Shown here: positions 25,551-36,767 of the stretch, piece by piece
Layout of the letters: each line of letters begins with the position of its first letter
Position numbering within the stretch: the first letter of the stretch is position 1
Assembly (NCBI GenBank): GCA_964016885.1
Contig: OZ024741.1
Span: 169,508,001 to 169,572,000 of the forward strand
Direction of reading: 5' to 3'
Source of the DNA: Eledone cirrhosa
Taxonomy: Eukaryota
DNA length: 64,000 bases
Position numbers and translations under genes: made by a program
The notes under the pieces: generated by a model
The model's input: only the letters and a program-made list of their open reading frames with translations
Told to the model about the DNA's origin: nothing
Databases searched by the model: none

Positions 25551-25892
25551 CCATTATAAAAAACTAGCAGAAAACCACCCTGGGTGGTTTTCTGTAGTGT
25601 GTATATTGATATTATACGCAAGTATATATGCATGTAGATATGATACATCAGATAAAATCGTAATTGACAAAAATTGAACGAAGACTTACACTGTCTTAAG
25701 TAATCAGTAATCCATGATACATTAAAAAAAGACGATATTATATATAAACTGCATTAGGAGAAAATTAGTGACGGAAATATATGAATGTTTATTTAAGCGA
25801 TCGCTAACCGGAAGTGTTGACTTTCAAAAATTTTAAAGAAGTGAGTCTTAAAATAAACAAAATTATTTATATTTAATCAAGAATAACGAAAT

Positions 25893-28802
25893 CGGACACG
25901 TAGGTAAACACTGCGACGGCTTCAATAGAGTACATGGAGGCCATGGAGTTGGCACAAGGAATGAGGAAGGATTCAGACTTCTAGAATTCTGCGACGCCAA
26001 TGACATGTCGATATGTAACACAAACTTTAAAAAACCCGACAACCACCTGATCACCTATAGATCAGGGGAGCACTCTAGTCAGTTAGATTTTATTCTCATC
26101 AGAGGACGTGACAGATGGACGGTCGTAAACACAAAAGCCTTCCCTAGTGAGGAATGTACATCCCAACATAGCTTAGTTGTCAGCGACCTCACGGTCAGAA
26201 CTAGACGAGCCCTGAAACAGAGGCCAACCTGGAGAAGAAAGATCTGGAAGCTGAAAGTCCCCTCAACCAGTAACAGATTTAAAGATATTTTACTCAACGC
26301 CTACGACAGTAAAGAAGAACAGATAGAGACATTTAACGTAGAAGAGAACTGGGAGTTCCTAAAAAATAACTTACTAGAGGCGACGGATGAGGTTTGTGGC
26401 TGGAGTAAGACCTCAAGCAGGAGGAGAGTGACTTGGTGGTGGAACAATAAGGTAGATGAAGCAGTCAAGGCCAAGAGACAGGCATGGAAAGAATGGAAGA
26501 ACGGGGGGAGCAGGGTACATTACATAGAGACCAAGAGGGAAGCTAGGCGACAAGTATACTTAGCTAGGAGGGAAGCAGAGGATAGAAAATTCAAGCATGT
26601 TTTACAACGTGAGGACCAGAAACAGGAGGTATTCAAGATTGCGAGGCAGTGTGTCAGAGATAGTTGTGATGTCATTGGAGAGAAGTGTATCCGGAATGAT
26701 AAAGGTGAGCTTGCCCTCACAAGTGCTGAGAAGAAAGATGCATGGAAGAGTCATTATGATAGATTACTAAATGAGGAGAATGCATGGGAAGAAGAGACCC
26801 TACCCCACGTAGACCCTATAGAGGGACCAGCAGTACAAGTCAGCGGCAGCGTAGTAAGTAAGGCAATCAGAGATATGAAGATAGGGAAGGCAACCGGTCC
26901 ATCGGGTATAGCTGCCGAGATGCTGAAGGCATCTGGGTCTGTAGGTCACACTATAACCACACGTATCGTTAACCAGGTAATACTAGAGGGGGCCATACCA
27001 AAAGATTGGTGCAGTAGCATCATTGTCAACTGCTACAAAGGTAAAGGCGATGCACTAGATAGAGGAAACTATAGAGGTATAAAGTTGATGGACCAGGTCA
27101 TGAAAGTAACAGAAAGAGTTATAGCACAGCTGATTAGGGACCGGGTGAATATAGACGAGATGCAATTTGGGTTTGTTCCAGGGAAAGGCACCACTGATGC
27201 GCTCTTCCTTGTGAGGCAATTACAGGAAAAGTACCTAGCTAAAAGTAAGCCACTCTACTTGGCATTTGTCGACCTTGAGAAAGCCTTTGACAGAGTTCCA
27301 CGTGCAGTAATCTGGTGGGCTCTTAGAAAACTAGGAGTAGATGAATGGCTTGTGAAAGCGGTACAAGCCATGTATAGGGGAGCAGTCAGCAAAGTTAGGA
27401 TTGGCAATGAGTATAGCGAGGAATTTAGCGTACAGGTTGGGGTCCACCAGGGCTCTGTTCTTAGCCCTCTCCTGTTCATCATAGTCCTGCAGGCAATAAC
27501 GGAGGAGTTTAAGACCGGATGCCCATGGGAACTCCTGTATGCTGATGACCTCGCACTCATAGCTGAATCTATGGTAGAACTAGAGAATAAATTCCAAACC
27601 TGGAAGCAGGGACTAGAGAGAAAGGGCCTCAAAGTCAACATGACAAAGACTAAGGTCCTTATAAGTAGACGAGAAAACAGAACCCAGATCCCCTCAGGGA
27701 AATGGCCTTGCTCAGTATGTAGGAAAGGTGTAGGTAGGAACTCCATTCTTTGCCCCAAATGCAAACAATGGGTACACAAGAGATGTAGCGGGATCTCAGG
27801 AAGCTTAATTAAGAATGTAGGATTCACATGCAGCAGCTGTGCTGAAACAGCAAGCAAACAGCCACAGGAAACAAGTACCACCAATCTCTGGGAGGGCCCT
27901 GTAGAAACAGTAGACAGCTTCTGCTACCTAGGTGACCGAATTAGCAACGGAGGTGGGTGCTCAGAAAGTACAATAACTAGGGTAAGAACGGGATGGAAGA
28001 AGTTTAGGGAACTACTACCACTGCTAGCTGCAAAAGGCTTCTCCCTCAGAATGAAAGGCAGACTGTATGATGCGTGTATCCGAACAGCGATGTTGCATGG
28101 TAGTGAGACCTGGGCGCTGAAGGTGGAAGACTTACGTAGATTAGAGAGAAACGAAGCCTGCATGCTCCGATGGATGTGTAACAGTAATATACGTGAACGA
28201 CAAAGCATAAATGAATTGAGAGAGAGACTGAGCATAAGAGGAATCAAATGCTGCGTGCAGGAGAGGCGGTTACGCTGGTATGGACATGTGATGCGTATGA
28301 AGGATGACAGCTGCATAAAAAGGTGCAGAGCACTAGAAGTTGATGGAAACCGCGGAGTGGGGAGACCCAAGATGACTTGGGATGAGGTGATAAAAGCCGA
28401 CCTTACCCAACTACACCTCTCAAAGTCAATGACACACGACCGTGACTTCTGGCGTCACGCAGTAATACAGGGTACCCGACCTCCCATGGGTACATGCTGA
28501 AGCATATAAACAATATGCCCCCCCCCCCCCCCCCACCGCAAGGTGGTCGTGGAGGTGCCACGGCAAAAAAGCACCCAGCCCACACTGTAAAGTGGACGTG
28601 TAGGCGCCACGAAAAAGCACCCAGCACTCACTGTAAATGAGGTTGGTGTTAGGAAGGGCATCCAGCTGTAGAAATTAAGCCAGATCAGTTCCTGTATGAG
28701 CAAGGCATGGTCAGCCGACCAGACACTGCCCACAACAGGACAACCCGTCTAACCCATGCTAGCGTGGAAGAACGGACGTAAAACGGTGATGATGATGATG
28801 AT
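25893..28802 (+). mobile_element. RTE-clade LINE, 5'-truncated inside the APE endonuclease, with 3' UTR and (GAT)n tail (family 1)
   Basis: Open frame from GHVG (25894) to 28500. RT motifs QFGF, DLEKAFD, GVHQGSVLSP, YADD. GAAAT at both junctions (25888, 28803). Confidence 0.95.
26005..28500 (+). CDS. RTE LINE ORF (partial endonuclease, reverse transcriptase, PHD-type finger), 831 aa
   Basis: ORF track, uninterrupted, canonical RT motifs. Confidence 0.9.
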   Translation: MSICNTNFKKPDNHLITYRSGEHSSQLDFILIRGRDRWTVVNTKAFPSEECTSQHSLVVSDLTVRTRRALKQRPTWRRKIWKLKVPSTSNRFKDILLNAYDSKEEQIETFNVEENWEFLKNNLLEATDEVCGWSKTSSRRRVTWWWNNKVDEAVKAKRQAWKEWKNGGSRVHYIETKREARRQVYLARREAEDRKFKHVLQREDQKQEVFKIARQCVRDSCDVIGEKCIRNDKGELALTSAEKKDAWKSHYDRLLNEENAWEEETLPHVDPIEGPAVQVSGSVVSKAIRDMKIGKATGPSGIAAEMLKASGSVGHTITTRIVNQVILEGAIPKDWCSSIIVNCYKGKGDALDRGNYRGIKLMDQVMKVTERVIAQLIRDRVNIDEMQFGFVPGKGTTDALFLVRQLQEKYLAKSKPLYLAFVDLEKAFDRVPRAVIWWALRKLGVDEWLVKAVQAMYRGAVSKVRIGNEYSEEFSVQVGVHQGSVLSPLLFIIVLQAITEEFKTGCPWELLYADDLALIAESMVELENKFQTWKQGLERKGLKVNMTKTKVLISRRENRTQIPSGKWPCSVCRKGVGRNSILCPKCKQWVHKRCSGISGSLIKNVGFTCSSCAETASKQPQETSTTNLWEGPVETVDSFCYLGDRISNGGGCSESTITRVRTGWKKFRELLPLLAAKGFSLRMKGRLYDACIRTAMLHGSETWALKVEDLRRLERNEACMLRWMCNSNIRERQSINELRERLSIRGIKCCVQERRLRWYGHVMRMKDDSCIKRCRALEVDGNRGVGRPKMTWDEVIKADLTQLHLSKSMTHDRDFWRHAVIQGTRPPMGTC

Positions 28803-28939
28803 GAAATTATGTAATATTTATTCATTATTTATTCAAAGTAATCCAACTTATTTTACAACCGGGATAAAAAAATATATTCTGGATGCAGTCCCGCACTCCT
28901 TACTTTATTATAGTTTAGATGACTTGGCAGGAACTTATT

Positions 28940-30305
28940 GAATCTTCTCTTCTCCCACTTATTCTTGGCATTGTTGTGGGGGAAGAGTCCTCAAACACGC
29001 CTCCCAGAAAGTCCTATCAGAAGTAACTGTTTCCAATTGAACCAACTGGGTCCCCAAGCGAGACTAACTGTACACCGGTCTCGTCATCTGCATGCCTTAC
29101 CTCAGTTCATGCCTCACCAGATTGGAGCACCTGTGGAAGGGACATGTTCCACTGGACAGGCAGTCCATCTGCTGCCAACATTCTTTGTATGGAGAGTTGG
29201 GCATGCCATGGCTGATGATGTGCAAACATTCACTGAGGCTACAACACATGCAGATATTTCTAAACAGTGGACAGGTGTGGTTGTTGTTTGTGAGGCTCAT
29301 CTTTTTGCAGCTCCTCTCGTTGATCAAGTTACAGCCTTGGATCAAATGAAGACCAAGACTGGCTGATTGGCATCAGGAATGTTGTCAGGCAATCACAGCC
29401 CTCCAACAATGTGGGAATTCCACATTAGTGTTCAAAAGAGGACTAGTGGCAGGCAAGTGTGACAATGTTTTCGGGGAGACAAGGCATCAACAAGAGTGAA
29501 CTAACCAGTCTGTTCCAGAGGATTTTTGGTCTGGTGCCTATGGATAATTTCCAGAAATCCATGGCCTGGCAGTTCTATTAGGAAGCACTGCAGCTTCGAG
29601 TCAAACTCTATAGGCGTGGAAGGAAGTGCTCTCAGACATAGCTGTCTGTGATGCATGCAGAGTAACAAAACCATTCTGCATGCACTCGTCCAGTGTTTTG
29701 GCATTGTTGACTTGTGGAGTTTTGTTGAACAGCTGTTATGTGTAGGATGGATCCAGTTATCGGATGACTCCATCACGAAGATCGCCTGCTGCCTTCCTTT
29801 GGCCAGGAAAGGCAGGCAGTTTTCCTGTTGGGTGGCTATGGCAAAAAAGATTGTGTGGTGGACACAACTGAAAGGACTGAAGAGAGACATGTTCCTCTTT
29901 GGCCAGGTCCTCATTTTTCAAATTCCATTTCAAAAGGAATGTGAGGATGGAGAGGAGATTACTGTCCCCCCCCCCCTCTGCCCAGTACATTTGTTAAAAG
30001 TTGAGTGAATGTAGTGAGGAAGGCCTGAGTGAATTGGCCTACTCTGAGCATGCGCTAAAGAGGACTGGGGCATTTTCCTATGGTGCTCATTGTATTGAGG
30101 GTTGCTTTGGATTTGTGGGGTTCCAAAATGACACCTGCGTGGTGTTTCCCCCCTATTGGGGATTTCTTTTGTTTTGAATTTTTTGTTGTTTATTGTAAGT
30201 TGTTATCTTATCTTCCTTTTTACATACCTTTATATGTAAACTCCCAACGTCTCCATCGTTTGAATTATCTATAATGTTTTTAGCCCTAGTGGTCAATAAA
30301 GAAAT
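28940..30305 (+). mobile_element. Decayed L1/Tx1-type LINE 3' portion
   Basis: C..C...TILHALVQC..DLW zinc-knuckle remnant, T-rich 3' UTR ending AATAAAG. Confidence 0.6.
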
Positions 30306-30341
30306 CATTATTATTATTAATCCTATTATTATTATTAATAA

Positions 30342-30535
30342 GGGCGGTGAATTGGCAGTATCGGTAGAGTGTCGGACATGCTTTCCAGCATAGTTACGTC
30401 CCTTTACGGTCTGAGTTCAAATCCCGCCGAGGTTAACTTTGCCTTTCATCCTTACGGGGTCGATAAAATAAAGTACCAGTAATATACTGGAATAATTGCT
30501 GGCCTTGTGCCAAAAGTAGAAACAATTATTATTAT
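30342..30535 (+). mobile_element. tRNA-derived SINE family A; more than 15 full or partial copies, e.g. 13112, 15715, 20645, 47213, 47408, 56455, 61004 (-) and 31635, 52797, 53775, 54743 (+)
   Basis: A box TGGCAGTATCGG, B box GAGTTCAAATCC, core GCCTTTCATCCTTACGGGGTCGATAAAATAAAGTACCAG, (ATT)n tail. Confidence 0.88.
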
Positions 30536-30654
30536 TAATCCTTTATTTGCACAAAGATGGTCATTTAATTGACTTATTAAGTTATGTAACCTCAGATAGA
30601 CTTTCTGCAGGATATTTACTGTTCCCAAAAGTGTTGTCTTTTGCAATATCATAA

Positions 30655-31200
30655 TACTAGATAGAGAATTTTAAGTATCTCAGGGCTATGTTCACAAGTG
30701 ATGGATGGCAAGATGCTGAATTAAATGCGAGAATTGCAGGAGCTGGTGCAGTAATGTGCTAGCTTCATCATTCAGTAATCAGAAGGGAGATGTGTTTAAA
30801 AGCCAAACTTGCTATCTTCAATTTGGTATTTGTGCCATGAATCTTGGATAATAACTGAAAGAATATGATCGCGAACACAAGCGGCCGAAATGGAGTAACA
30901 TTACTTGATAGTCTGCGTAACTCGGAGATCACAGAGTTACTCCAGGTTGAGCCATTACTTCTTGGCATTGAGAGTTCACAGCTCCAGTACTATGGACATG
31001 TGGTTAGAATGTCTAATGAAAGAATTGCCGGGCAGATTTTATTGGCAGGAGACCTATAGGTAGACCACAAGCAAGATGGTTTCATAAGCTCAGCTGGTCT
31101 CGCTTGGGGATCCAGCTGTATCATTTGGAGGAGGTTTAAGACCCTCTGGAAGGTGTGTTTAAGGACTCAGCTCCCACAATTTCCTCAAGAATAAGTGCAG
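30655..31200 (+). mobile_element. Decayed RTE fragment of a different subfamily
   Basis: FKYL..MFTSDG..DAELNARI and QLQYYGHVVRM remnants. Confidence 0.7.
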
Positions 31201-32184
31201 ACTTGCCAATCTCTAAAAAATTGCCCCCAAATGGGGAGATTTTACATAATGAAAGCTATACTCATTTTCACAAGAGAAGAGATCTCTCACCCATCCCAAA
31301 GTGGGTGAAAGATCTTCCCTTCGGATGGGGAGAGTTGACAGGTATGTAAGTTGGGGAAACAGTTTTTAATGGCTAAAAGGATTCTTCTACTGTTTCATCC
31401 CATGGTCTCAGATGAAGTCATTTTCCAAACAAGTACAACTCCAAAATTCCCAAAATTGTTTATTGATTAAAAAGAAATTCCTTTACTATAAGAGGCTTTA
31501 ATAGGATTTACTAAAGGGATTTACATATATTGTATTTTATTATCTACTTTAGTCAGTTTTATTGAAAGTGATTAATTAGAGAAAAGGTATTAATTTTCTG
31601 TTCTTAATCTGTAACCATACAATATTATTCTTTTTGGCAGTATCGGTAGAGTGTCGGACACGGTGCTTCGCAACATAGTTACGTCCCTTTACGTTCTGAG
31701 TTCAAATTCCTCCGACGTTATCTTTATCTTTCATCCATATGGAGTTGATAAATAAAGCATCAGTAATGCACTGGGATCGATTTAATTGACTTTCCCCTCC
31801 CTTTTAAATTGCTGGCCTTGTGCCTAAAGTAGAAACTATTTATTCTTTTTAAAATTATTAAAAAAAATTATATTCCTGACGCTGCACCTCAGATTTATTT
31901 GACAATTTAAATGGGGAAATGTGATTGTGTGACATTCATGCGTTTCTCAAGACATATTTTGTAATATAAGTGTAATGACTACAATTGTGTATTGAAATCA
32001 AGTTGAAACTATAGCTTTACCTGTTACTCTGCAGTATTCACATCATAAATTCTAGCAAATTTCACAAAAAAAGTCAAATGAAAGCTGTGGTAGAAGACAT
32101 TTAACCAATGTGTCATGCAGTAGGATCAAACCTGGAATAACATGGGTCCTTTCTTGTGCCCACAAGAGTGTCAGTTACAAAGCT

Positions 32185-32620
32185 TGGCTAGTTGTGGTTC
32201 CGACACAGCTGAACACATTGCTGTCCTTTCTTATTAAATTCTGCCAAGTCCAATGATGTGCAAGGGGTGTTCCAGCAGGGGCATATCAGGAGGTGCTGCT
32301 TAGTCTGTGGTTCGATGCCGCAGTCACACACAACGCCCCCATCCTTTACCATTTTGCAAGAGTGACTTTTGCACATCCAACACCAGATCTTAGTCTGTTT
32401 AGGCCTTTCAACACTGCATAGTTTGTATCTGCTTCAGAGGGCAGTGCCTCGCTCGCCTTTAGCTCCATTGTTGTTACTGATGAGAGGTTGCTAAGTTTTT
32501 CTTCGCAGTGAGGGACTCTTTTATTACTTGATGTTCCAAGGGGTGTGATGCTCCTTAGGAAACTTTTCCTGGATTTAATAACATGGGTATGAAGTGAACT
32601 ACTTAACCATCCAGCCAATT
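32185..32620 (-). mobile_element. Ingi/Vingi-like LINE 3' fragment
   Basis: LNRLRSGVG and CDCG..QT.QHLLIC. Confidence 0.7.
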
Positions 32621-32758
32621 CCTGTGCTGTTCCAGTTCCTGTGCTGTTCTCAGTTCCCTCAAACTCCTCCCTCCAGTATATTTTCCATTTCTTTTGTTCA
32701 TCCTACACCTTGTTAGTTTCTCTAACTTTCTCTTGCTGTTGTTTCCTCTCGTTTGCAG

Positions 32759-32870
32759 GTATATTCTTAGCTGTGGATCCGATGGTGATGTTCGTATATG
32801 GGAGGGCTTCAATGACTCTGATGCAATGTCATATCAGATAGGAGAGAAGGTTTTTGCTCTTTTGTACAAG
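32759..32870 (+). CDS. WDHD1: WDHD1 exon 2 (YILSCGSDGDVRIWEGFNDSDAMSYQIGEKVFALLYK)
   Basis: Polypyrimidine tract plus TTGCAG acceptor, AAG|GTAAGA donor, in frame with exon 1. Contains the conserved CGSDGDVRIWE. Confidence 0.95.
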
Positions 32871-33019
32871 GTAAGATGACTTGTTTGTTGTAGTTTAGAC
32901 CAAGGTAAAACTCAATGAAGTAGACCTATGGTCAAAGACAGTCTACCCATGATCATTCTCATCTTTTTTGTTTTATGTCTGTTTTCTATGTTGGTATTTT
33001 CCAATACCATTAAGTATTT

Positions 33020-33600
33020 ATCGTAGTTACTTAGGTGATAAAATTAGTGGAGGAGGAGGAGGCTGCACTGAGAGCATAACAAGTAAGAATAGGATGGAAG
33101 AGGTTCTCAGAGCTACTACCTCTGTTCACAGTAAAAGGTCCCTACAAAAGAAAGGATAGCTCTATGATGCCTGTACACGAAGTGTATGTTGTATGGTAGC
33201 GAGAGATAGGCAATAAATGCAGTGGATCTGCAAAGGCTAGAAAGAAATGAAGCTAGCATGCTCCAATAGATATGCAATGTTAGATGAGCTGAGTAAGAGG
33301 CTGGATATAAAAGGAATTAGATGTAGTGTGTGGGAGAGAAAACTGCATGGTATGGGCATGTGATGCATATGGATGATGATCATTGGGTGAATAAATACCA
33401 AGAAATCCCAGTGGAAGGGAGCTACAGTAGAGGGAGACCAAGGAAGATCTGGTTAGAAGTTGTCAGAACTGATCACAAATCATGAATCTCACTGAGATGA
33501 TGACAAACAACCAAAGCAAATGGAGAGATGTTGTACTAGAAAGACCCCATCCAACCCATGCAAGCATAGTAAAGTGAATGTAAAAAAACTGATGAGGATG
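33020..33600 (+). mobile_element. Decayed RTE 3' fragment
   Basis: YLGDKIS.GGG and GRPRK remnants, RTE tail. Confidence 0.8.
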
Positions 33601-34601
33601 ATATGTGTACCCTGGAATACATTATCAAATGTGTTTATTTTTGATTTGTTGGCTGTTTTGTTGTTTTTTTTCTAGTAGGTCAAGGTGATTATGTAGCCCC
33701 CCTCTCATGGCCACATAATACCCTCAGCGCCCCCACCTCCTATTTCCAGAGATAACCTGCCTACACGCAATTTGTAAATAATATACAAATAAATCGTCAA
33801 TTTATATATAATAAATAATATATATACTATGTATAAATAAATCTATATTTTTTATTTTACTATATTTATATATTAATATGTATCATTTGATAATTAATAT
33901 ATCAGCTCTACTGCACTCCCTAGACCATCTTAATGCCCCTGGGAGTGCGGTAGCACCCACTTTGAGAACCTCTGATGAAGGTGCTCCTTCTTCAGTTTGT
34001 GCTGTTGTTACAATTGTTATCTTTGTTGTTTTGTTGTTGCTGTTTAGCCCCAGAAGAACCTTATTCAAACAGTCTTGATCAAAAACGTTTCGGCTGCAAT
34101 GATTCCCCTTTTCCTTGTGTGCACAAAGCCCATGGTCACATTACCCAACTTGTCCCTTTTTTACTTTTATTTCTTGCGAATCAGTAACCACATAGAAGCT
34201 CCTTCCTGGGTGTTGAACCCCACGTTAGTGTTGTTCAAGCAGCCATGACACCCTTTTTTTTCAAATATATTATACTGAGGTTACATTCATCCAATGTCTT
34301 TCTTTTTCTTTTTAAGAGACAGTGTGTGTGTGTGTGATTTGGGGGAGATTTAACCGCTATTTCTAGTAGGTTGAGTGGCCACATAGAGGCTCCTATATTG
34401 TTGCAGTAGCTGCTGTGATTTGGGGGAGATTTTGCTACTAGATGGAATGACCACTTAGAGGATCCCTCATTGTTACAGATGCTGTTGTGATTTCAGGGAG
34501 ATTTGGCTGCTATTTTTAGCAGGCCAAGCAATTAAGTAGAGGCTCTCTTGTTATTACAGTTACTGGTGGGAATATAATTCTTTGTCTTTTGTTTATTCCA
34601 G

Positions 34602-34753
34602 AATCACAAGTTCTACACAGCCTCTGACATCAACAGTATCCAAATATACACATTTCCAGATGGTACAGAAGATGGAATTGTCACACGGTTCACTGCTCCT
34701 GTAAACCACATGTGCTTCAACAGGGATGGAACAATACTGATTGCTGGAGCTAG
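34602..34753 (+). CDS. WDHD1: WDHD1 exon 3 (NHKFYTASDINSIQIYTFPDGTEDGIVTRFTAPVNHMCFNRDGTILIAGA)
   Basis: TTCCAG acceptor, GTATCT donor, phases 0/2 consistent. TFP.G..DGI.TRFT motif. Confidence 0.95.
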
Positions 34754-34849
34754 GTATCTTAAAATAATTTTTGTAACTTTATATTATGTAAGCTGCTACT
34801 AATGCTGATGTTGTTTAGTCTCAGATCAATCTTGATTGTTGGAGGAGTC

Positions 34850-35130
34850 TGTAGATAGGTAGGTAGATTGGAATAAACAGAAGGATAGATTTGTAGATAG
34901 ACTGGTACATAGATTGGGAAAATACATAGATAGATTTGTGGATAGCTGGATAGATAGATGATTTGGTAGATAGCTGGATATATTTTTGTAGATAGATAGA
35001 TATATATTTGTAGATAGCTGGATATATATATATATATATATTTGTAGATAGATAATTATATAAAGAGGTTGGGAGATAGATTAGTAGAGAGAATATGTAG
35101 ATATATATATATATATAGAGAGAGATATAC
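34850..35130. repeat. Degenerate (GATA)n tract
   Basis: Seen directly. Confidence 0.8.
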
Positions 35131-35239
35131 CATAATGTTACAATGATGGGCATACACCCAAAGTTATAAAGAACTGGTTGAGAGAAAAATAATTTAAATC
35201 AAATTGAAGAGACATTTTAAGATTGCAATTATTTCATTT

Positions 35240-35297
<58 letters not shown>

Positions 35298-36722
35298 TTT
35301 ACTTGAAGCATTGTGTATGATATATAAATATATGTAGGTTTACTTGAAGCATTGTGTATGGTATATAAAGTTTGAAGTTTGAAAGCCTTGACAATGCGAA
35401 ATTATTTCTTTATTTATACATCCATTTCGCATTGTTGTGGCTTTCAAACTTCGAACTTTGTACATATACACACACATAAATATATATATATATATATATC
35501 AGTCATATTTAACATCTGTTTCCTCTACTAGCAATGGTTGGCTTGGTTTTCACTGACTGAGTCAGTATTCAAGCTACAGACTTCTCAGATGAGCTGGGGG
35601 CTTCTGTCTTGCTTACTTACTGTCCCTCACTCTACCGAGTGCATTTTATCGTGATACCAGTACTTGTGAGGTTATCATGTCTTTGACACAACTGAAGGAT
35701 TCTCCCAACACTCTGTTTGACAAACATTCTACAGCTGGATGCACTTCCTATCACTAACTACTTTACATCGTGTACTGGGTGTGTTTGTGTAAATCACCAA
35801 CACTAGAGAGTTTGTCACGCTATTGACAGAACTGAAGAGTCCTCTCAACCCTTTTTGGCATGGTTTCTACAGTGGGGTGCTCCTCCTACCACCAACCACC
35901 TTACAGTGTGTACTAGGTGCATTTTTGTGTCACAGTAGTTGTTGGCTATTGACTCAACTAAAGAACCTGCTCTGCTCTGGAGGGTAGAAGAAGATAAGTA
36001 TGATATCATGGATGCATAGCAATTGTGGTGTGAACAATCATTAACCATCAGTTACCAATTATTAATATCAATCACTAATAAATATTAATAACTAGTTATT
36101 GATGAAAATCTTTAGGAACCTATAAAATATATTTAAATAGGAGATAAATAAGTTTGTTCTATTTGCTGATTCATCAAGCTTGATATGTTGAAAATTCTTT
36201 GTTGAAAATTCTTTGCATAACTTTACCAATTTTCTCTTCCAACCAATTACCTTTGTTATATGCACACACACACATATATATACACATGTAAAAGTCACTA
36301 GACCATTATGGCTTAGTGGTTAGAGCATTGGGCTTGCAATCGAAAAGTTGTGATTTCAATTCTTGGACTGGGTGATGTGTTGTTTCCTTGAGCAAGACAC
36401 TTTATTTCACATTGCTCCAGTTTACTCAGCTGTAGAAATGATATGATAGGACTGGGGTCCCTATCATTCCACTGCAAAGTGGTCGTGGAGGTGCCACAGC
36501 AAAAAGCACCCATCCCACACTGTAAAGTGGACATGTAGGCACCACGGAAAAAAAGCACCCAGCACTCAGTGTAAATAAGGTTGTTGTTAGGAAGGGCATC
36601 CAGCTGTAGAAATCAAGCCAGAATCAGTTCCCGTAAGAGCAAGACAAGGTCAGCCGACTGGACACTGCCCACAACAGGACAACACATGCTAGCGTGGAAG
36701 AACAGACGTAAAACGGTGATGA

Positions 36723-36765
<43 letters not shown>

Positions 36766-36767
<2 letters not shown>

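Larger units (their letters stand above)
25564..28919 (-). mobile_element. Non-autonomous Helitron (family B) split by the RTE insertion
   Basis: 5' A|TCTAAACTATAATAAAG, 3' hairpin GAAAACCACCC/GGGTGGTTTTC plus CTAG|T. Both halves align with the 56785-57654 copy. Confidence 0.75.

Noticed and set aside
27255-28370. Long antisense ORFs (209 and 148 aa)
   Set aside because: They are shadow frames of the RTE ORF.
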